Positions 23,929-32,488 of a DNA stretch of 64,000 nt are shown here, piece by piece. The notes under the pieces are model-generated. The model saw nothing but the letters and a program-made list of their open reading frames with translations. It was not told where the DNA came from and searched no databases. A program made the translations under genes and the position numbers. The stretch spans positions 24,032 to 88,031 of the forward strand of contig JBHOQL010000072.1 in the NCBI GenBank assembly GCA_042408195.1. The letters run 5' to 3'. Source of the stretch: Anaerolineae bacterium (GTDB lineage: Bacteria > Chloroflexota > Anaerolineae > SpSt-600). Every line of letters starts with the position of its first letter. The stretch's first letter is position 1.

Positions 23929-25404
23929 TTACCCTCCCAGAGCCTTGAGGATTTCCGGCCACTTCTCGTCCACTGCCTTTTTCACTTCTGGACTCATTTT
24001 GATCATCTCGGGCCACAGACGGTGGTGACCTTCTTCTGGCAATTTAGCTGTAGCATCTATTCCGATCTTACCGCCGAAGGAGTGTTGGGAAGAGGCGTGA
24101 TCTAAATGATCTACCGGCCCCTCTACTACAACCACATCGCGCTTCCAGTCAACATTGCCCAGTACGTACCAAGCCACCTCATGAGGCTTGCGTACGTTAA
24201 CCCATTCATCCACTATTACAATCGCCTTGGCCAGCATCATGAGTCCCATTCCCCACAGACCGAAGATAACCTTCCGGGCTTGGCCTGGATAGCGCTTGCG
24301 GATGGAAACCAGTACTAGGTTGTGGAAGACTCCAGCGGCTGGCATGTGGAGGTCAACCACCTCGGGCAAGATCAAGCGAATTATCGGGAGGAAAAGCCTT
24401 TCGGTAGCTTGCCCCATCCAATAGTCTTCCATGGGCGGTATGCCTACCACAGTGGCGGGATAGATGGGGTCTTTCCGTGTAGTAATAGCTGTAACATGGA
24501 AAGCGGGGAAAAGTTCAGGCGGGGTGTAGTAGCCTGTGTGATCCCCAAAAGGCCCTTCCTGGCGCAGGTCGTTTAGGTCCACAAATCCCTCTATTACGAT
24601 TTCGGCGTGGGCTGGGACTTCCAAGGGTTGAGTCAGGCAATGGGTCATTTCCAAAGGCTTACCCCTGAGCCATCCAACTAATAGATATTCATCCACATCC
24701 TGAGGCAAAGGGGCCGAAGCACACCATATAGCAGCTGGGTCCCCTCCCAGGACAATGGCTGCGGGAATTTTATCCTGACCTTTTTCCAAAGCTTTCCTGG
24801 AGTGTTCTGCTCCGCCTTTGTGGCGCTGCCAGTGAACCAAAAGGGTTCGCTCATCCACTACCTGGAGGCGGTACATCCCCACATTTCTTTTCCCAGTGAT
24901 AGGGTCCAGGGTGACAACCTGGGGGAGGGTTATGTAATAGCCTGCATCTTTTGGCCAGCACTTGAGGATGGGAAAATCCAGGAGGTTAGACTCTTTACCT
25001 TTCCTAACTACTTCCTGGCATGGTGCTTTTTTCTTTAGGATTTTAGGCCTTGGAGCGAGGGCTCTGAGGGCAGCTGCCAGTTCTTTCCCGCGCTTCAGGG
25101 CTTCAGACAAAGAAGAAGGTACATCCGGACTTAAAAGCCTTGCTACCCTTTCCTCTAACTCCTGCAGGCTCTGGACCCTGAGGGCCAAAGCCATGCGGCG
25201 CTCGCTTCCGAAGAGGTTAGTTAAAACAGGTATGGAAAAACCATCAACCCTCTCGAAAAGAAGGGCCCGGTTGAGGGATGGAGGGCCCTTGCAGACCCTA
25301 TCGGTTATCTCAGTGATTTCCAATTCTCGGGAAACAACCTCCTTTATGCGGGCCAGTTCCCCTGCTTCTTCCAAGAGGGAGATGAAATCCCTAAGGTCCT
25401 CCAT
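23929..25404 (-). CDS. mqnL: Menaquinone biosynthesis decarboxylase (UbiD family, MqnL type)
   Basis: KCWPKDAG, RNVGMYR, EGPFGDHTGYY, PPMED, KRYPGQARK, GPVDHLDH; abuts mqnP. Confidence 0.88.
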   Translation of the reverse strand: MEDLRDFISLLEEAGELARIKEVVSRELEITEITDRVCKGPPSLNRALLFERVDGFSIPVLTNLFGSERRMALALRVQSLQELEERVARLLSPDVPSSLSEALKRGKELAAALRALAPRPKILKKKAPCQEVVRKGKESNLLDFPILKCWPKDAGYYITLPQVVTLDPITGKRNVGMYRLQVVDERTLLVHWQRHKGGAEHSRKALEKGQDKIPAAIVLGGDPAAIWCASAPLPQDVDEYLLVGWLRGKPLEMTHCLTQPLEVPAHAEIVIEGFVDLNDLRQEGPFGDHTGYYTPPELFPAFHVTAITTRKDPIYPATVVGIPPMEDYWMGQATERLFLPIIRLILPEVVDLHMPAAGVFHNLVLVSIRKRYPGQARKVIFGLWGMGLMMLAKAIVIVDEWVNVRKPHEVAWYVLGNVDWKRDVVVVEGPVDHLDHASSQHSFGGKIGIDATAKLPEEGHHRLWPEMIKMSPEVKKAVDEKWPEILKALGG

Positions 25405-25413
25405 CCCGATAAA

Positions 25414-25602
25414 TTACTTTTTCTCCAGGATTATGGTGTGCTTGAGGAAATCAATGCGCTTTATAATTCCACGGACTAGCTTCTGCTCTCCCAATAAATT
25501 GATGAGAACAAAATTCTCACCTTCGGGCTGGACAAGGACCACATCCCGCATTATTTCTTCCTCGTGGTCATCGGTTACGAGGAAAGCCTTCGCTTCGCAC
25601 AT
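25414..25602 (-). CDS. CooT family nickel-binding protein
   Basis: 62 aa, MCEAKAF start, IMRDV, LLGEQK, IDFLKHTI. Confidence 0.85.
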   Translation of the reverse strand: MCEAKAFLVTDDHEEEIMRDVVLVQPEGENFVLINLLGEQKLVRGIIKRIDFLKHTIILEKK

Positions 25603-25782
25603 GTTTCCCCTCCCCTAAAGGGCATTCCGAAAAAAGTATACTCTATGGCTCCAGAAAAGGCAAAAAGTTCACGAGGGTTTTCGGCCTTCGGTTTCATTTT
25701 GATTGTGGCCGAAAATGGGGTAAACTTTGCTGCTCGGCACGCAATTTTAATGCTTCTGGCTCAGGAATAACGAATGCAACGG

Positions 25783-25817
25783 TTGACAAGGCCTGGTTAT
25801 GGTGATATAATTCACAA
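25783..25817 (+). promoter_or_regulatory. Hydrogenase operon promoter with overlapping Rex-like operator
   Basis: TTGACA (25783-25788), 17 bp, TATAAT (25806-25811); TGGTGAT-ATAA-TTCACAA (25800-25817) matches 12 of 14 positions of TTGTGAA-N4-TTCACAA. Confidence 0.7.
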
Positions 25818-25853
25818 AACTTGTGGTCAAGTTTGCGAGCCAAGGAGGAACTC

Positions 25854-26894
25854 ATGCCTGTGTTGGTTCTGGATAAGAAAGAAATTTTAACCTTTGTGGA
25901 AAGACTCCTAAGTCACTACGAAGTGATCGGCCCCCGCAAGAGGGACGGTTTCTACATCTTCAGCACAATAAGCAAGCCCGAAGAGCTGGTCCTCGATTAT
26001 CCCATAGCCCTTTACCCTCCCAGGAGATTCTTCCTGCCAGCAAGGGAAACCATACTGCGCTTCCGCCTCGGGGAAAAGCCTGAGGTGGGGCTTACGGTTG
26101 AGGATTCTCGTCCCAAAGTCCTTTTAGGCCTGCATCCTTGTGATCTGCATTCCACGCGCTTGCTAGATGCAGCCTTTTTGCGGGAAAACCCCGATGCCAA
26201 TTACGAAGCTCGTCGCCGCAACGCTGTGTTCGTGGGATTCGATTGCCTCAAGCCTTGCGATGAATACGCTTTCTGCAAGGACATGGGCACTCTCGACCCC
26301 AAAGGATATTACGACCTTTTCTTCACAGACATAGGAGAAGCTTATGCTATCGAAATAGGAAGCGAGCGGGGCAAAGAGTTGCTGGAAAAATACTCCACCG
26401 CGCGGGTTGCTTCCGATACAGAGCTGAGCAGGCTGGAAAAAGTGCGAAAGGAAAGAGACGAAAACTTCCCTTCAAGGCTAAACTTTGATGCTTCAAAACT
26501 TCCGGAAATCCTTTGGAGTCGCTTCAGCTCTCCCTACTGGAAAGAGCTGGCTGAGAGATGCATGGGCTGCGGCTCGTGCACTTTGGTCTGCTCGACCTGT
26601 TACTGCCACGATGTTTTTGACCGGGTAAAGCTCAATCTAGAAGAAGGGGAGAGGATAAGGGTTTGGGATTCCTGCCTCCTGGAGGAATTTGCTAAGGTAG
26701 CGGGCGGGCACAACTTCAGGCCTTCGAGGGTGGAGCGCTTGCGACACAGGTTTTACCGCAAGGGTAAATATCTTTGGGATCTGTTCGGCCTTGTGGGTTG
26801 CGTAGGGTGCGGGCGATGTACTAGGCATTGCCTGGCCCGCATAAACCCGATCGAGGTGTTCAACGACGTTTTCAAGGAATATAGCCAGGCCTAA
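25854..26894 (+). CDS. hydB: Group 3b (sulfhydrogenase) Fe-S subunit beta
   Basis: HPCD, CMGCGSCTLVCSTCYC, WDSC, CVGCGRCTRHC; GGAGG RBS before ATG 25854. Confidence 0.9.
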   Translation: MPVLVLDKKEILTFVERLLSHYEVIGPRKRDGFYIFSTISKPEELVLDYPIALYPPRRFFLPARETILRFRLGEKPEVGLTVEDSRPKVLLGLHPCDLHSTRLLDAAFLRENPDANYEARRRNAVFVGFDCLKPCDEYAFCKDMGTLDPKGYYDLFFTDIGEAYAIEIGSERGKELLEKYSTARVASDTELSRLEKVRKERDENFPSRLNFDASKLPEILWSRFSSPYWKELAERCMGCGSCTLVCSTCYCHDVFDRVKLNLEEGERIRVWDSCLLEEFAKVAGGHNFRPSRVERLRHRFYRKGKYLWDLFGLVGCVGCGRCTRHCLARINPIEVFNDVFKEYSQA

Positions 26895-26908
26895 AGGGAG
26901 GAAAAACC

Positions 26909-27727
26909 ATGGGCAATGCTCATCTTCTTTTGCCTCGGCTTGCGAAAATCTTAGAGGTCAAGGAGCTTACAGCCAAGGAGAAGCTCTTCACCCTTGAGCT
27001 TGAAAACGGGGAAGCTCTGGGTCACAGTCCTGGGCAGTTTGTGGAAATCTCCGTTTTCGGGGTGGGTGAGTGTCCGATAAGCATATGCTCTTCTCCCACA
27101 AGGGGGAATTTCTTCCAACTCTGTGTTAGAGCTGTGGGGCTCGTCACCAATGCTCTCCACCGCCTTAAGCCCGGCAGCATCGTAGGTATAAGAGGACCTT
27201 ACGGCGTAGGTTTCCCCTTGGAAGTAATGAAAGGACAGGATGTATTGATAGCTGCTGGTGGGCTTGGCATGGCTCCTCTTCGCTCCTTGGCCCAGTACAT
27301 CAAAGACCGGCGGGAAGAGTTCGGCAGGGTAATAGTGCTATACGGGGCAAAGGAGCCAAGCGAACTACTCTTCAAGGATGAACTCGATGAAATCCAAAGC
27401 GTGGGGGAGTGCTTGCTCACAGTGGATAGGGCTGATGAAACCTGGAAGGGTCACGTTGGGGTTATAACTACTCTCTGCCCTCAGGTCACTGTTGATCCCA
27501 CGCGCACTATCGCCGTTACTGTTGGACCACCGGTAATGTATAAGTTCATCCTGCAGGAGTTCAAGAAGATGGGCATACCGGATGAGCGTATTTATCTCTC
27601 TTTAGAGCGCAGGATGAAATGCGGAGTTGGCAAGTGTGGCCATTGCCAGATAAACGGGATTTACGTCTGCCAAAAAGGCCCTGTCTTCAACTACGCCGAA
27701 ATTAAAGACTTGCCTGAAGCTATATAG
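26909..27727 (+). CDS. hydG: Group 3b hydrogenase FAD/NAD(P)-binding subunit gamma
   Basis: PGQF, RGPYG, AGGLGMAP, GPPVM, ERRMKCGVGKCGHC. Confidence 0.92.
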   Translation: MGNAHLLLPRLAKILEVKELTAKEKLFTLELENGEALGHSPGQFVEISVFGVGECPISICSSPTRGNFFQLCVRAVGLVTNALHRLKPGSIVGIRGPYGVGFPLEVMKGQDVLIAAGGLGMAPLRSLAQYIKDRREEFGRVIVLYGAKEPSELLFKDELDEIQSVGECLLTVDRADETWKGHVGVITTLCPQVTVDPTRTIAVTVGPPVMYKFILQEFKKMGIPDERIYLSLERRMKCGVGKCGHCQINGIYVCQKGPVFNYAEIKDLPEAI

Positions 27728-27741
27728 CTGGAGGTACACAC

Positions 27742-28482
27742 ATGAAGCCAAAGGTAGCCTTTTTTGAATTTGGATGCTGTGAGGGTTGTCAACTCCAGAT
27801 CCCTAATCTGGAGGAAAGACTCCTTGAACTTTTGGAGCACATAGAAATTGTGTCCTGGCGGGAGGGCAGCAGCGCTCACAGTGACGGCCCGTACGACATC
27901 ACTTTTGTGGAGGGTTCCATAACTCGCGAGGAGGAAATGGAGCGCCTTCGCTGGATACGGGAGCGATCTAAGATACTTGTAGCTTTCGGAGCCTGTGCTC
28001 ACATAGGCGGGGTAAATGTTATCAAGAATTTCGCGGACCAAGACGAGGTGCGCCGTTATGTTTACGGCGATAAGGCCGAATGGTTCCCTTCAATCCCAGC
28101 AAGACCTCTTAGCGCTGTGGTCCCTGTGGACTATGTGCTTCCAGGCTGTCCCATTGACAAAGAGGAGTTCCTTGAATTCGTGAAAGCTCTGCTGATGGGC
28201 AATACTCCTGTCCTGCCCAACTATCCGGTGTGTGTGGAGTGCAAGAGGGCTGAAAACATCTGCATATACGAAAAAGGCTTAACGTGCCTTGGACCCGTAA
28301 CCAGAGCGGGTTGCAATGCCCGTTGCCCAACTTTTGGCAATCGATGCATAGGGTGCCGCGGACTTGTGGATGATCCTGGCCTCAATGCCCACAAAGAAGT
28401 CATGGCTCGCTACGGCCTCTGTGCCGAGGACATCCTCAACCAGTACAGAATGTTCTGGGGTTATTCGGAGGTGGTAAAATGA
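27742..28482 (+). CDS. hydD: Group 3b [NiFe]-hydrogenase small subunit delta
   Basis: CCEGC, VEGS, GACA, PGCP, VCVEC, CLGPVTRAGC, CIGCRG. Confidence 0.92.
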   Translation: MKPKVAFFEFGCCEGCQLQIPNLEERLLELLEHIEIVSWREGSSAHSDGPYDITFVEGSITREEEMERLRWIRERSKILVAFGACAHIGGVNVIKNFADQDEVRRYVYGDKAEWFPSIPARPLSAVVPVDYVLPGCPIDKEEFLEFVKALLMGNTPVLPNYPVCVECKRAENICIYEKGLTCLGPVTRAGCNARCPTFGNRCIGCRGLVDDPGLNAHKEVMARYGLCAEDILNQYRMFWGYSEVVK

Positions 28483-29768
28483 GCGCATTGGACATCCATG
28501 TGCATTATGTTTCCAGGATAGAAGGCCACGGCAACATCGTGGTTAAAGTTGAAGATAACCAGGTCAAAGAATTGAGATGGGAAATCCCGGAAGCTCCTCG
28601 GTTCTTTGAAGCTATGGTTAGGGGCAAGCACTACAGCGACGTGGTCTTCATCGTTTCTCGTATCTGCGGAATCTGCGGCATAGGGCACACCTTCACTGCT
28701 ATCCAAGCTCTGGAGAAGGCTTTGGGCTTTGAGCCCTCGGAGCAAACTCTCCTTTTGAGGAAACTCCTGCTCCATGGCGAAACGGTCCAGAGCCACACCC
28801 TTCACTTCGGTTATTTGGCTTTGCCGGACTTCTTCGGTGTTCCCAATATCATTCCCCTCGTCCAAACCCACAAGGAGCAGGTTCTGGCTATAATAAGGCT
28901 GCACAGGCTGGCCAATGAGCTCTGCGATCTCATAGGGGGACGCACCACCCATCCTATAACTACCATAGTGGGAGGTTGGACCAGGCTCCCGACAGAGGGG
29001 GAGCTCAAGGAACTGCGCCGCCGCCTAATTGAAGCCATCAATGACGTGAAGACCACGATCAATCTCTTCGCTTCCCTACAGATGCCTGATTTCCAGCGCG
29101 AAACCGAATACATCGCCCTCAAGAAACCCGATGAGTATGCCTTCTACGATGGAGAAATAGCTTCCACTGACGACGAGCACACCACTCCTATGTCCCGCTA
29201 TTTGGAAAAAATCCACGAGTTCATAGTGCCTTATTCCACTGCTAAGAGAGCCAAAGCTAACCGCAGCTCTTACATGGTGGGAGCCCTGGCCCGCTTCAAC
29301 ATCAATTACTCCAAGCTTTCACCGTTGGCCCAGGAAGCCGCGGAGCAACTTGGCCTCAAACCCATCTGCTACAACACTTTCGCAAACAACCTCGCCCAGG
29401 TAGTGGAAGTGGCCCATGCCATAGAAGATTCCATCCGTATCATTGACACCCTTCTGGCCAGAGGTATCAAAGAGGAGAAGGTTGAAATCAAACCGAAAGC
29501 TGGTCGAGGCGTCGGAGGTGTAGAAGTTCCCAGGGGGCTTCTCATCCACGATTACACCCTGGATGAGCAGGGGCGAGTCGTGGAATCCAATATGATAATA
29601 CCCACTAATCAGAACCACCAGAACATAGAAGAAGACCTGAGAGCTTATCTGCCTCAGCTCTTGGGCAAATCCAAAGAGGAAATCACCCTGGGACTGGAGA
29701 TGCTAGTGCGGGCCTATGACCCGTGCATTTCCTGCTCAACCCATTTCTTAAGGGTGGAATGGGGGTAA
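28479..29768 (+). CDS. hydA: Group 3b [NiFe]-hydrogenase large subunit alpha
   Basis: RIEGH, L1 SRICGIC, EVPRG, L2 RAYDPCISCSTH with short cleavable tail. Confidence 0.95.
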   Translation: MSALDIHVHYVSRIEGHGNIVVKVEDNQVKELRWEIPEAPRFFEAMVRGKHYSDVVFIVSRICGICGIGHTFTAIQALEKALGFEPSEQTLLLRKLLLHGETVQSHTLHFGYLALPDFFGVPNIIPLVQTHKEQVLAIIRLHRLANELCDLIGGRTTHPITTIVGGWTRLPTEGELKELRRRLIEAINDVKTTINLFASLQMPDFQRETEYIALKKPDEYAFYDGEIASTDDEHTTPMSRYLEKIHEFIVPYSTAKRAKANRSSYMVGALARFNINYSKLSPLAQEAAEQLGLKPICYNTFANNLAQVVEVAHAIEDSIRIIDTLLARGIKEEKVEIKPKAGRGVGGVEVPRGLLIHDYTLDEQGRVVESNMIIPTNQNHQNIEEDLRAYLPQLLGKSKEEITLGLEMLVRAYDPCISCSTHFLRVEWG

Positions 29769-30235
29769 AGGGTAAAGTCCTTGTAGTATGCCTTGGCAAC
29801 CCCCTCATGGGGGATGATGGCGCTGGGGTGGCGGTAGCCAAAATTCTGACGAAACGGGGACTGCCCCCCAGCATTAATCTTTTAGAGGGGGAAGTGGATG
29901 GCTTTTCCTTCTTAGAGCACGTGGAGGGATATGAGAAGGTCATCGTAGTGGATGCCGCAGATATGAACCTCGAACCTGGCAGTTGGGAGACCTTCAATCT
30001 TGAACTTGGTTTGCTGAAGGGAGCCGTGGGGATATCAACGCATCAGTTCGGATTAAAAGAAGCTTTACAAATGGCTGAAGTACTGGGGTGGAAATTGCCT
30101 CCCATCAAGGTATATGGAATCCAGCCAGAGCGCATTGAATTCACAGGCAAAATGAGGCTTTCGGGTGCCGTGGCCAGGGCTGTGCGGGCCGTAGCTGAAG
30201 CCTTATACAAAGAACTAACGAATAACAGCGGATAG
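29759..30235 (+). CDS. Hydrogenase maturation protease
   Basis: LGNPLMGDDGAG, VVDAA, STH, GIQP. Confidence 0.93.
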   Translation: MGVKGKVLVVCLGNPLMGDDGAGVAVAKILTKRGLPPSINLLEGEVDGFSFLEHVEGYEKVIVVDAADMNLEPGSWETFNLELGLLKGAVGISTHQFGLKEALQMAEVLGWKLPPIKVYGIQPERIEFTGKMRLSGAVARAVRAVAEALYKELTNNSG

Positions 30236-30405
30236 CAGCCCAATCAGGGCAAGTCTCTCCACACATGGGACACCGATGTGGAACCGTACAGCGCAGAAGT
30301 TGCTCCAAGAGCAGCCTGACCGAAAGCGTTTTACCGAAAAATGAGTGAAGGTTTCCACTAGCGGGTTTTAACTGGCTCGCCGGAGGCTTAAAAGGAGGTA
30401 GGCTG

Positions 30406-30952
30406 ATGAGTTGAGCACGAAGATGGTTGTTTCTCCTCGTGCCCTTTCTGATCATCGTCAGCGGGTACATTGCGATAGCTCAGGAACCTGGGCCTCCGCA
30501 GCTGCCCAAAAAGATTTTCTCCCTATAATAGTCGCTTCTCTTCAAGTTTTTACTCGGTTTTAGGTCACTGCGGCATAAAGTTCTCTGGCTCAGTCTCATC
30601 CCCGGAACTAAACGACGAGATAACCACACGGGAATCAGGGCCTGATCACCGCTACTAACATGATCTTGACAGCTATGTTGGATAGTTCCCTCTCGGTCTA
30701 TTGGGCGAGCCCCAAGTCTTCGTCAGAAAGCGAGCAGGAACTTGCCTGGAAATTGGATGACCTTGGGTATATGGTCTCAGGAAGTATTTACTTAATTCCT
30801 AAAGAGCCCTTTACTGAAGGCGGCGCTCGCTATCCCATTACTTGGACTATAACTTCCGCTGACCCGATGCAGTGCCGGAAGATAATACAACTGTCACCTA
30901 TGTGCTGATACCACACCGGGTCTTTCTGCCACTTATTCTTCGCAACCCTTGA
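30406..30952 (+). pseudogene. Decayed secreted DUF11-like protein with Chloroflexota-type C-terminal FLPLILR motif
   Basis: AAAGGAGG RBS, ATG-AGT-TGA, signal-peptide-like ARRWLFLLVPFLIIVSGYIAIAQE, then NQGLITATNMILTAMLDSSL..LAWKLDDLG..ITSAD, and after a frameshift DAVPEDNTTVTYVLIPHRVFLPLILRNP*. Confidence 0.65.
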
Positions 30953-30960
30953 GGTCAAAG

Positions 30961-30998
30961 TCTAACACAACTCTAACACTCCTCTTATGTCCGTCTAA
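30961..30998 (+). promoter_or_regulatory. Four-copy TCTWA direct repeat with 11-bp period upstream of the hsp20 pair
   Basis: TCTAA at 30961, 30972 and 30994; TCTTA at 30983. Confidence 0.55.
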
Positions 30999-31051
30999 TG
31001 CACTCCTGTTAGGAATAGAGGTGGAAACTTCACAGAAAGGAGGTGATAACT

Positions 31052-31501
31052 ATGGCCGAGCTGGTCAAATGGGAACCTTTCAAGGAGTTGATTTCGCTGC
31101 GGGAGGCAATGGATCGCCTTCTGGAGGAAAGCTTCATGAGGCCTTTCGGGCTTATGGCGCCTGCTCGTTTTGAGGGTTTCGCCATGGACATCTACGAGAC
31201 TGAGAATGACCTGGTGGTCAAGGCCTCGCTGCCGGGTGTAAAGCCTGAGGACATTGATGTGAGTGTTGCCGGCGATATCCTGACCATTAAAGCTGAAGTC
31301 AAAGAAGAGAAAGAGGTCAAAGAGGAAAACTATTACCGGCGCGAGCGCCGCTACGGAACTTTCTGCCGGTCCGTTACTCTTCCCATTGAGGTAGATGTAG
31401 ACAAGGCAAAAGCTGAATACGAAAACGGTGTCCTCACCCTCTCTTTCCCGAAGGCCGAAGCTGCCAAGCCTAAGGTCATAAAGGTTAAAGCCAAGAAGTA
31501 A
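31052..31501 (+). CDS. Hsp20/alpha-crystallin small heat shock protein
   Basis: WEPF, MDIYET, LPGVKPEDI, ERRYGTFCRS, AEYENGVL. Confidence 0.96.
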   Translation: MAELVKWEPFKELISLREAMDRLLEESFMRPFGLMAPARFEGFAMDIYETENDLVVKASLPGVKPEDIDVSVAGDILTIKAEVKEEKEVKEENYYRRERRYGTFCRSVTLPIEVDVDKAKAEYENGVLTLSFPKAEAAKPKVIKVKAKK

Positions 31502-31560
31502 AAAGTGGTGCAGGGCCGAACCTGCCCCACCTAAATCCCAAGCGAAAGGAGGTGATTGCT

Positions 31561-31992
31561 ATGGCTACCAGGTGGGATCCGTGGGAGGAGTTCATGAGCC
31601 TTAAGGAGGCAATAGACAGGCTCTTTGAGGAAAGCTTCGTCCTTCCAAGGCCTTACGTAAGGGAGAGGCTCTACCGGCTTCCGGTGGACGTCTACACTAC
31701 GGCCGAGGCAGTGGTGATCAATGCCCCGATGGCTGGAGTCAAGCCCGAGGACGTGGATATCACCATCGAGGGCGACACCGTGACCATCAAGGGTGAAGTG
31801 AAACCCTCTGCTGAGAACGTGGATTACCTCATTCAGGAGCGCCGTTACGGGCCTTTCTCCAGGACTATCCGCCTCAATATCCCAGTAGAGCCTGATAAGG
31901 CCGAGGCCACCTTTGAGAACGGCCTTCTCATAATCACTATCCCCAAGGCTGAGGCCATCAAACCCAAGGCTATAAAGGTGGTCAAGAAGTAA
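31561..31992 (+). CDS. Hsp20/alpha-crystallin small heat shock protein (paralogue)
   Basis: WDPW, VDVY, GVKPEDV, ERRYGPFSR, ATFENGLL. Confidence 0.96.
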   Translation: MATRWDPWEEFMSLKEAIDRLFEESFVLPRPYVRERLYRLPVDVYTTAEAVVINAPMAGVKPEDVDITIEGDTVTIKGEVKPSAENVDYLIQERRYGPFSRTIRLNIPVEPDKAEATFENGLLIITIPKAEAIKPKAIKVVKK

Positions 31993-32002
31993 AGGACGAC
32001 GC

Positions 32003-32044
32003 AAAGCCCCCGGTAAGCCAACCCGAGCTTACCGGGGGCTTTCT
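32003..32044 (+). terminator. Intrinsic terminator after the hsp20 pair
   Basis: Perfect 16-bp inverted repeat AAAGCCCCCGGTAAGC / GCTTACCGGGGGCTTT. Confidence 0.85.
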
Positions 32045-32142
32045 ACTGGCAAGTGGGGGGCAGATTTTGCTTTCTCTGAGGATAGGCCTAAAATTATTTT
32101 AATTAGTGAAAGTGAGGACTTTGCGCGGCGGAGGTGATGGCT

Positions 32143-32373
32143 ATGCCTATCTACGAATACGAATGCTTGGATTGTGGGGTGCATTTTGAACGAATGCAGC
32201 GTTTTTCCGATCCGCCGATAGATGAATGCCCTTATGGCCATCGCCATGTGCGCCGGGTTTTCCACGCTCCGGGCATAATCTTTAAGGGCTCGGGATTCTA
32301 CACAACTGATTATGCCCGAAAGAGCAGCAATGGCGGCGATAAGAAAGAAGGGAAAGGCGAAAACAAAGATTAG
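32143..32373 (+). CDS. FmdB family zinc-ribbon protein
   Basis: MPIYEYECLDCG, CPYG, FKGSGFYTTDY. Confidence 0.93.
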   Translation: MPIYEYECLDCGVHFERMQRFSDPPIDECPYGHRHVRRVFHAPGIIFKGSGFYTTDYARKSSNGGDKKEGKGENKD

Positions 32374-32445
32374 GCAACAGAGACCTTAGGGTTGGTTTCC
32401 CATTAGATAGTCCACAAAAGAATATAAGAGGTGGTGATAGAGCAA

Positions 32446-32473
32446 AAGGCCGGTGTTTTAAGGCACCGGCCTT
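32446..32473. terminator. Hairpin between convergent genes, probable (bidirectional) terminator
   Basis: AAGGCCGGTG, 8-nt loop, CACCGGCCTT, with an A-run on the left. Confidence 0.7.
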
Positions 32474-32488
32474 GTTACTGATCATTCT

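Noticed and set aside
28479-29768. [NiFeSe] hydrogenase
   Set aside because: The L2 motif is DPCISC with normal Cys codons.
30406-30414. In-frame TGA as selenocysteine
   Set aside because: It falls at codon 3 of a signal peptide and further frameshifts follow, so decay is the simpler reading.
30141-30470. Minus-strand ORF with CPMCGETC, zinc-finger-like
   Set aside because: No RBS, overlaps the protease gene and the pseudogene antisense, and no recognisable family.
30971-31000. CIRCE (HrcA operator) upstream of hsp20
   Set aside because: Only a partial left half (CTAACACTC) and a poor right half; the 11-bp direct repeats fit better.
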